Below, piece after piece: positions 56,427-64,000 of a stretch of 64,000 nt of DNA. The stretch spans positions 1-64,000 of the forward strand of contig NKIB01012822.1 of the NCBI GenBank assembly GCA_002256025.1, written 5' to 3'. Both the position numbers and the translations under genes were made by a program. Each line of letters starts with the position of its first letter. Position 1 is the stretch's first letter. Under the pieces are notes generated by a model. That model worked only from the letters and a program-made list of their open reading frames with translations. It was not told the origin of the DNA and searched no databases. This DNA comes from Asterionella formosa (taxonomy: Eukaryota).

Positions 56427-57356
56427 ATGAGCGCTTCCAAGGCTTTCCGCAGCCACTTGATGCAACAGTTCGCGGCTGTAGCTCGGACTCAAAGTCGCCC
56501 TCCACTAGCTTTGTCGTGTTCAAGCTCGACAAGGCGCCATCAGACGAGCTCTTCATTATTGAACGTTTCTGATCTGTTGGAGCCAAGCACGTTTCAGTTT
56601 CAGCAGGCGAGCAAGAACGCAAGTTCTGCAAAGAGGCATGACGCAGTCGAGCAGGAACAAACAGGAAACGATCAGGAACAATCAAGAATCGATCAAGGCT
56701 TGGCAGAAGTCTCGGAAGCAGCATCAACATTCCAGTCCACACTGTTATCTCGACGGACTATCTCTAACTTGACTCCTATCCCACCAGCCATGCTCAAGTC
56801 CTCGCTCGATCGAGCAATACTGTGTGCTCAAAATGCACCAAATCATAAGCAGACCGAACCCACCTTCTTCAAGCGAATTATATCGCCATCTCCAGCCATT
56901 GATACCCTAGCTCAGATTGCCTATAATGTCACATACAATAGGAAGTTGCAAAGGGATCCGGAAAATGCAAAACATTTAGCAACGAGGAAGCGAGACAAGT
57001 GGAGTCAAATACCAGCATATTTAGTAGTGGCCATCAAGAATCAGCCACCCCAATGTGTTGAGGATGAAGATCCATACCAAGAACTTGACTTTGTACCACC
57101 CAAAACAGAGTTGCAACTTGAAGACTATGCTTCGTCATGCGCTGCTACTCAGAACATTCTTCTAAGTTTGCATTCAGAAGGCATCGGAACAAAGTGGGCA
57201 ACAGGACCAGTCATCAAGACAAGGTCCTTCCGCTCTTTGATTGGGTTGACCGATACCGATCGAGTGGTGGGACTCATTATGGTGGGAGGCATTGGGTTCA
57301 ACCCCGCACCACGTAGGCGACGCCAGGAATGGACAGACTCTGTTGAGGATTTGTAG
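56427..57356 (+). CDS. Nitroreductase family protein, possible mitochondrial presequence
   Basis: SRRTI, AI.CA..APNHKQTEP, EDYAS.CAA.QNILLSLHSEGIGTKWATG and RVVGLIMVG. The N-terminus is R/S/A-rich and acid-free. Confidence 0.88.
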   Translation: MSASKAFRSHLMQQFAAVARTQSRPPLALSCSSSTRRHQTSSSLLNVSDLLEPSTFQFQQASKNASSAKRHDAVEQEQTGNDQEQSRIDQGLAEVSEAASTFQSTLLSRRTISNLTPIPPAMLKSSLDRAILCAQNAPNHKQTEPTFFKRIISPSPAIDTLAQIAYNVTYNRKLQRDPENAKHLATRKRDKWSQIPAYLVVAIKNQPPQCVEDEDPYQELDFVPPKTELQLEDYASSCAATQNILLSLHSEGIGTKWATGPVIKTRSFRSLIGLTDTDRVVGLIMVGGIGFNPAPRRRRQEWTDSVEDL

Positions 57357-58021
57357 ACTTGTACAATTTTCTGAGAGGAATGAAGCAAAAAATTCTTGAA
57401 CAGCATTGCAAAGACCGAAAAATGGGCAGTGACCAATTTCTGGGGATTTGCTTCAAATGAACCTAGGTTACTGTTGCAATTCCAAACTTCGCCATGACTA
57501 CCGGTAAGGAGCAAACCAAGGCCATGATCGTGACACAAACTTCATTCCATGTTACCTATTACGAGGGAAGTGGAAGTAGAAGTAGAAGTGGCAACGAATT
57601 GAATTCGTTGGATGCAAGCGAAACTGGAATAGCTTCTACGTTTGAGGCACAAACTGATCGCTACAGATTTTGAATTGTTACGTTGCACTGTCCATTATTC
57701 CAATCCGTTTAAGGAGCCATCCAATATCAGGAATAGGAGACTAGTGCAGATAGAGAAATAATCAAGTATTGATGCCTCGAATTCATTGCTAAACAACCAT
57801 AGAGAATGTCAAATTGCTCCCTCATCATTTTTGGCGTCACAGCGATTAGAGTTCGTGTCATGTTGTTTGACCTAAACAATATAGGTGAAATTTGGTAACA
57901 ACTACATCCATGATGCCGACAAAGCTATGTATTGTTCGTTAATTTATCTCGGAGCAAAATAATCCTTGTTTTCGATTTCTAAATTATACAACTCTTTCAC
58001 TCTTTAGTCAATGACAGAGTC

Positions 58022-59983
58022 CTAATGAAACGTTGGAATATCAGTAACCCAATCTGCTCTATCCGGTAGTTCATGATAAGCTTCCAACAAACGCTTGGTA
58101 ATGTCGCCCATTTTACCACTTCCAATCACGTGTCCATCAATCATAGTGACAGGTGTCAGCTCATCAAGAGTTCCAGCAGAAAACACTTCGTCCGCCGATA
58201 AAAATTCCTCCAACGGAATTCGCTTTTCCTCAGTTTCAAGTTCAAGTTCCTTGGCCAATTTCAAGACAGTCGATCGGGTAATATCATTGGCAGGAGGTGT
58301 CATCAACACACCATTCTTCACCATGAACAAGGAAGCCGAACTTGTCTGGCTAACATAGCCATCAATATCCAGCATGAGTGCATCAGCAACTTTCGCCTCG
58401 TTGGCTTGAATCTTAGGCAAGATATTGTTGATCATGTTGTGGTGACGAACATTTGGGTTCATGCATGCAGGAGAGCACCTTTGATCAGCCGTAATCAAAA
58501 CAATACCGCTGGTGTGAGCGACTGGTTTCCATTCGGCAAGAACTATCAACGTCGTTCCATAGATATTGAAAGTCGGATTCATCGACGAACAAGACTTTTC
58601 GCCTCTGGTATGGCACGTGGATAGTTACATGTGTGAGCACGAGATGATAAAACACAAAAAATCAATCGCAACAAAACTCCCTCCCCCGGCGACACCACAA
58701 ACAACGTACCTGGTCAAAGTCACTTGAATGTATACTCCATCCCGCATTCCGTTGGCTGCCAGCGTTCTAAAAATTGCTTCCTTCACTTCTGCCTTGGAAT
58801 GCACAAGGTGTCCATTATGTCCAAATCCCAATGCCTCAGCTGATATGAATAAGCCATCTAAATGTTCCTCTAGCTCCAGTAGCTTGCCGTCATAAAGACG
58901 AATTCCTTCCCAGCAAGCATCTCCGCCTTGAACGGACGAGTCCCAAGGACTAACCGAGGCAAAGTCACGCGGGAGTAGCTGTCCCTTGCCCTGTGGCCCC
59001 CCGACCCAAACCAACAGTCGCATGTTGTCAGGGTTCTCATGCACTGTCGTTCTTCGGGCACGACTTGTCAAGGACTTGAGGTAGAGGTAGGCCGGCATCG
59101 ATGCCGTCAGCGCGTCAATGTAAATGGGATCAACGGATCGGTATCGTCGTTGCGGTGTCATTTTATTTTCTTGCACCCAACCGCTCGACTTGTGCAGGTC
59201 CTTGTACCACCACGGGGCCCAGGGTCCATCGCATTCGTGAGGCCCACTCTCCCAGGTCAGCATCTCGGTTGTCCAAGGAATTTCAAGTTCACTACACAGA
59301 GCCGCGAGTGTTTGCTCCGGATCCGACACAATGTCGTCCGAATCCAAAAAGACCATTTTGCTCTTGGATGCCGGACGCTTGGAGTAGATTCCCAACATGG
59401 GTACGATTCCCACTTGTTCAATCGATACAGTATTTCCGTGCACTTCGCCGTTGACTCCCCAGCTGGAAAGGACAGCAACGGGATCGCGGAGCAACAAGAC
59501 GTGCTTATGAACGATATGCACTGTTTCATCAGGATTCTCCAACACGGACACTCGCTCTACCTTATCTTCTTCGAACATAGTTTCTTGCTTCGCCAAATGC
59601 TTGACAAAAACCACACCTTCTGGCTGGTTCTTCAGCTTGGAAATGGCACTTTCAATTCGAACAGTAAAATCCAATAATTCCTGAGGCCACTTCCACTTAT
59701 CACATTCTGCAGTCCCGACAGGAGGAATGCCGGCAATGAATTCGTCACGATAAGGCCGCAGCATGTCGGATTTAGATTTGTGAAACAAGCGAGACAGGGG
59801 TTCATCAATCGCCACACAATCCGATCGAGCTTCAAAGCTGTAAAGTAGGGCGGTGGAGCGCGAGCGAGGAGCTGACCAGCAGTGAATAACGGTGACATTA
59901 CGCGTCGGGACATGAGGTTCCGCACAGTCCCCCGAGGCAACGGTGGAAGCGATTGACGATTCGTCGGTTGAATTTGGCGACAT
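58022..59983 (-). CDS. Sulfotransferase-like P-loop domain fused to a class IV (BCAT-like) aminotransferase domain; intron 58605-58709
   Basis: N-terminus has WSAPRSRSTALLYSF..R.D....DEP, FVKHLAKQ, LLRDP and W..GP...DGPWAPWWY. C-terminus has DSSVQGGD..WEGIRLY.G, TLTR|GEK..SSMNP.FN.YG and ADEVFSAGT..ELTPV..IDG. Confidence 0.88.
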
Positions 59984-60279
59984 GATTATCGATTTGGCTG
60001 GACTGCAATGAAAAATAGTTGTGTTGCGCACAATTGTTGAATTCAGATAATACCGCTATATGTGGCTGGGTGAAGTTTGAGATCTTGTGTGGGCGGCCAT
60101 ATAGAAATGGTAATATGAAAGCCTTGTTTGGGAGGTCTAAATTTTCCGTTCCCCTACCATCAGTAATACATATTCCAGTTCCACTCAACTCTTGCCATAC
60201 TCCCTATGTAGTCTACTATGTAGCATCAAGATTCGCTCGGAGCTCACAATCCGCCGCAGCCAACAAATCTACCTGTGTA

Positions 60280-60836
60280 AACTACCAGGTACCGGTATCT
60301 GGATTCTGTACATTCGAATATATTTGGTGCTGTATGTATGTATATACCGGTATAACATGTAAAAGCAAGCGACAAGAATGCCGGTGTCAAGCATGATGTA
60401 TAGCAACCGGTATATACATAGTAGTAGTCTACCGGTACGTACAGTACCCAAAAATACAATTATCTACACGGCCATTATAAATCGAGGTATGGTACCAGGT
60501 ACTGTACCAGGATACCAGGTACCTGGAATGTATGTACCGGTAGTTCTCGGAGTACCAGGTACCCGGGTACTTTAGCTCCGTACCAGGTATGTACGGTAAT
60601 ACTAGACTCTACCGGGAGACTGCCATGTAGATAAGGAAAAACATAAATAGACTACCGGGTAAAAGTGGTACCAGGTACTACGTAAACTATATGTATCCGG
60701 AGGAGCACCAGGCACAACCACATAAACATTTCTATCGTGTTTCCCTTACCGTGGGTGGTATCAAAGCAACAACTGTCGTTCTATTCCACACCTCACGTTC
60801 CGGTAGTCTACCAAGTACCAGGTACCAGGTACCTGG
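60280..60836. promoter_or_regulatory. Dense GGTACC/TACCGGTA motif cluster in the divergent BCAT-like/RPC7 intergenic region
   Basis: Many GGTACCAGGTAC and TACCGGTA copies, for example at 60491-60590 and 60815-60836. Confidence 0.45.
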
Positions 60837-61128
60837 CACAATTCCGATAGATTACATACCTTTAAGGCCGTCAATTCTGCTCATTGGATAGTGCATTACT
60901 AACAATGGACGAGCGAGTGATTTCAAGGTTCCATTGTCTGAAATACCGAATAATGAGAAATTCTAGATTCCAGTTGGTTCATGGAGCAAATTACCGTATG
61001 TTCAGTACGATCCTATTTTTATGTAACGTAAATTGTGCTTCATCATAATCATAAGGGATCTATACTACTGTCAATGATGTTGATGATTGATTTGTCCATC
61101 GCAGAATAGTTCAAAAGCAACCGCTAAA

Positions 61129-61806
61129 ATGTCAGGACGTGGAGGAAGAGGAGGAGGCAGAGGTGGTGCGTACAAGGCCCCCACAGGCGGTCAACTATTT
61201 TTGCAACGATCGGCTCAAGAGTGTGGCCTAGACGATCGCAATCTGAAAACACTTCAAGACATTACCAGACCTTCGCTCTTCCCACCCTTTGAATGGCATT
61301 CGTCGGGATCGTCTGAAGTTGATGCTGATGTCAAAATTCGACCTACCTACAATACCTATCTCATTCGCAAAGGACGTGATATAACTCATCGAATGCAACA
61401 ATCGCCTTGTTATTTACGACCCACACAAGAAGTCGATGTGTTACGGTATCGCAAGAAGCGTCAGCGAAGACCATGTGATATGGCAGTCTTGGAATATTTA
61501 GGGCATGCTGCCAGCAAAGAATATATTCCAGATGAATTGCTAGGAAAGAAACCAGTAGCGAGGGACATGAACAACAACGACTTGCTGACGACCGACAACA
61601 TGTCCTTGGAAGAGTTGGCTGCAATGGAACTCCTCAAGTCGAAGGAAAAGGAAGACGGAGAAGAAGGCGAAGAAGAGGAAGATGTTGATGATGATGGTAT
61701 GTTTGAGAAAGAGGAAGAAGATGAGGAAGCGGAGGATTATGTTATGAATCACTATGAGAGTGAAGGCGATGAAAGTGATGGAGGGGATGACGAGCCCACG
61801 TTTTAG
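61129..61806 (+). CDS. RPC7: RNA polymerase III subunit RPC7/C31-like
   Basis: N-terminal MSGRGGRGGGRGG, P.LFPP, YIPDEL, and a long acidic tail ending DYVMNHYESEGDESDGGDDEPTF. Confidence 0.75.
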   Translation: MSGRGGRGGGRGGAYKAPTGGQLFLQRSAQECGLDDRNLKTLQDITRPSLFPPFEWHSSGSSEVDADVKIRPTYNTYLIRKGRDITHRMQQSPCYLRPTQEVDVLRYRKKRQRRPCDMAVLEYLGHAASKEYIPDELLGKKPVARDMNNNDLLTTDNMSLEELAAMELLKSKEKEDGEEGEEEEDVDDDGMFEKEEEDEEAEDYVMNHYESEGDESDGGDDEPTF

Positions 61807-62012
61807 GTTCCTTTGAGTTGAAAGTGCCATTGACCCGATATCTAATCTAGAATGATTCCTGTTGATACGCGATGATGATGGTTGTACTAAAATTACGTCC
61901 CGAGACTAACTATAGAGGGCTATTTAAAATTTAAATTAATTTATAGTGCCATCGGTATAGTTGAGTTTCATTTCGATGCTCAACTACTTCCCCGGTCAGA
62001 ACAAACTTTGCT

Positions 62013-62624
62013 CTAGGCCAACATCAAAGCTTCAATACCGTCAATCACTTTGCCCACTGTTACTTGCGACGACCACAGCACCACTAAGGCACCAATGCCT
62101 GCCTTAGGTAGTCCAAATCGAGCAACTTTCATACCCAAACCCACATAGGACAACGGAAAGAGAAATCCTTGCAAATAGCCCATCGCAAGATCTTCATCAA
62201 TTAAGGAAACCTGGTCGTCATTAAGTCGCGTACCGTCGATCTTGAGGATGGGCAAGGAATAATAAAGTGCAGCCACAACAGCGTACAAAATCAGTGACCC
62301 ATTCTTCACAAGCTTGGCGACTTGCTCCGACTTGGACTTACGAGATGCCACTAGTTTCGCTAGCTCTTTTTCTTTCGACAGCACTTGTCGCTCCAGTTTC
62401 GAGGTTTCCACAAAGGCAGAAGGGCCTAAACGACGCTTTTGAGCAGCTTCGAAATTAAGTTGAACCAGAAGTTGTTCCGCTGTTTTCTCTGTTGGTGATT
62501 TCGATTTGGCTGAGAAAGAAAGTCCTCTAGAAATAATTTCTAAAACTACTCCGATGCAAAGAAGTGACCAGATGTCGAAAGGACGAATCTCCAACAGCGG
62601 AATGGCTTGATGCGGCACGACCAT
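62013..62624 (-). CDS. GET1: GET1/WRB (CHD5-like) ER insertase subunit
   Basis: TM - coiled coil (PSAFVETSKLERQ) - TM - FP motif - TM (IGALVVLW) topology typical of Get1. Confidence 0.65.
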   Translation of the reverse strand: MVVPHQAIPLLEIRPFDIWSLLCIGVVLEIISRGLSFSAKSKSPTEKTAEQLLVQLNFEAAQKRRLGPSAFVETSKLERQVLSKEKELAKLVASRKSKSEQVAKLVKNGSLILYAVVAALYYSLPILKIDGTRLNDDQVSLIDEDLAMGYLQGFLFPLSYVGLGMKVARFGLPKAGIGALVVLWSSQVTVGKVIDGIEALMLA

Positions 62625-63464
62625 GGTGAAAGAGAGCGATGATATGCTGTTATAATATGCTACTCGGAGTATTATCTACCGGTACATGCTTGCATCATGA
62701 GAACGATGGCCGAGGATGGCGGGGGGATTGAACAGCCATCCTCAGTCATAAGAAATCAGCAGACTATAACGCTATGCATACCTAGCTCCAGGGGCGTGTG
62801 CCATTATAGTCCACCGGAGTACCGGTATAACAGGTACTGGTACTGGTACTGGTACCTGGTACCAGAGGACCCTGATGTTGGTTTTGCTAAGCTACCTAGT
62901 GTACCACGTACCAGGTACCGGTTCATACCGGTACATACATGCCTGACGACTTTCATCGCTTGCAAAGCAAACACCAGGAACGGAATCCAGAATACGTTTG
63001 CCTGATGCTTCATCCATCTCGAAATAGTTCTTATATAAAGCATCACTATTACACTTGTTTTGGAAATTTTGCTACTAAGAACCTCCTCAATCGAAATTAT
63101 TTTACCAATTTGAAACTCTGCCTATAAACTGCTACTAGCCTACTCTAAGTAATTTTTGATCATTCTTTGTTGCTTACAAATCTGAAACAACTTTCCAGCT
63201 GTAGCTGAGAGCATGTACCAGTACTAGGGCTACTCTATGTGTGAAGGAGTTACTGGTACACAGTCAATTGTCGTATGTCCAATATAGTGATGTGAAAGTG
63301 TCAATCAGCAGATTTCAAAACAGCAGTTTACCACATCCTTGGAATATGCAGTAACATGTAACCCCTCTGTTCCGCCAGTATAGCTGAAACATGCTCAGTG
63401 GCTAACCCAACTTCATCCAATTCCTTTTAAGAAGCCCTCTGTAGAAGCAATATACATTTTGGGC

Positions 63465-63854
63465 GAGTCCATTGAGGGACTCTTTTGGGTTGCAGACTAG
63501 GAAACAACCATAGTGATGGTAAGCAAGAGCAAGGCTCCCACATAAGGCGGCTCTTAGAGTGTGTGTAGACGAGCCAACAATGTAGGTAGGAACTGATGGC
63601 GGAGAGGAAGTCCAATCAAGAAGTAGAAAGGAAGTATGGAAACTGCATGGCCATTTTGGGAGAAACATTTCAAATGAGAGCTGGAATTGGAGAATCAATT
63701 GAAGTGGTACTAGTAGCCTGATGAAGATATAAGGTGACGAGAGCAAGAGAAGGGTCTTGAGAGACGCAGAAATTATATGGCAAACTGTATTGCCATTTCG
63801 GTGAATTTAAATTTGAATTATAAATCCTGGCAGGCGATTGCCAGGATGAAATGT
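63465..63854 (-). repeat. Dispersed repeat copy B, inverted relative to 37506-37916; may run off the window end
   Basis: Colinear identity blocks with copy A. Confidence 0.8.
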
Positions 63855-64000
63855 AGGACAGAATGGTCTTGAGGGCTGTGAGGAGTGCTGCTGTTGCTTT
63901 GGGGTGGTTGACGCCAAGGTAAGACAGTGAGCTTCTTTGTAGCAGTAGTGTCAAGGGAGTCGGCCAAGGTGTAATTGGAGTAGAGGGACTAAATGATCGC

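Noticed and set aside
57592..57610. Perfect 9-bp inverted repeat CAACGAATT-G-AATTCGTTG
   Set aside because: Short and isolated; plausible by chance in 64 kb.
56427..59983. Nitroreductase plus sulfotransferase/aminotransferase fusion as a biosynthetic gene cluster
   Set aside because: They are convergent genes with different apparent targeting, flanked by housekeeping genes, with no scaffold-forming enzyme nearby.

Overview
Gene-dense eukaryotic nuclear DNA, most consistent with a diatom: short GT-AG introns, bipartite plastid-targeting peptides with ASAF/AF-type motifs, and diatom-type hypothetical, ankyrin-like and LRR families. About 24 probable protein-coding genes are present. They include a METTL13/EEF1AKMT4-like methyltransferase, a TSC2/RalGAP-type Rap-GAP protein, an STI1-like protein, a GRAM-VASt lipid-transfer protein, a PH/coiled-coil protein, a 3'-5' exonuclease, an LRR protein, an MTD1-type FolD, an RPE-like protein, a RluA synthase, a CMD/AhpD protein, a JmjC protein, an LSMT-like SET protein, an LRAT protein, plastid trigger factor, a nitroreductase, a sulfotransferase-like/BCAT-like fusion, RPC7 and GET1. 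Mobile DNA consists of two decayed PIF/Harbinger transposase copies and a two-copy dispersed repeat. No prokaryote-style operon, CRISPR array or rRNA was seen. The best leads are: (1) a palindromic GGTACC(A/T)/TACCGGTA motif clustered at gene 5' ends and nearly absent between convergent genes; (2) a tRNA-like Pol III unit next to a compact multi-hairpin segment at about 3.0-3.3 kb; (3) an RPE-like protein missing two metal ligands; (4) a BCAT-like fusion missing its PLP-binding residues; (5) a 117-nt or longer hairpin at 4.16-4.28 kb. All family assignments are from motif recognition by eye; no database searches were run.
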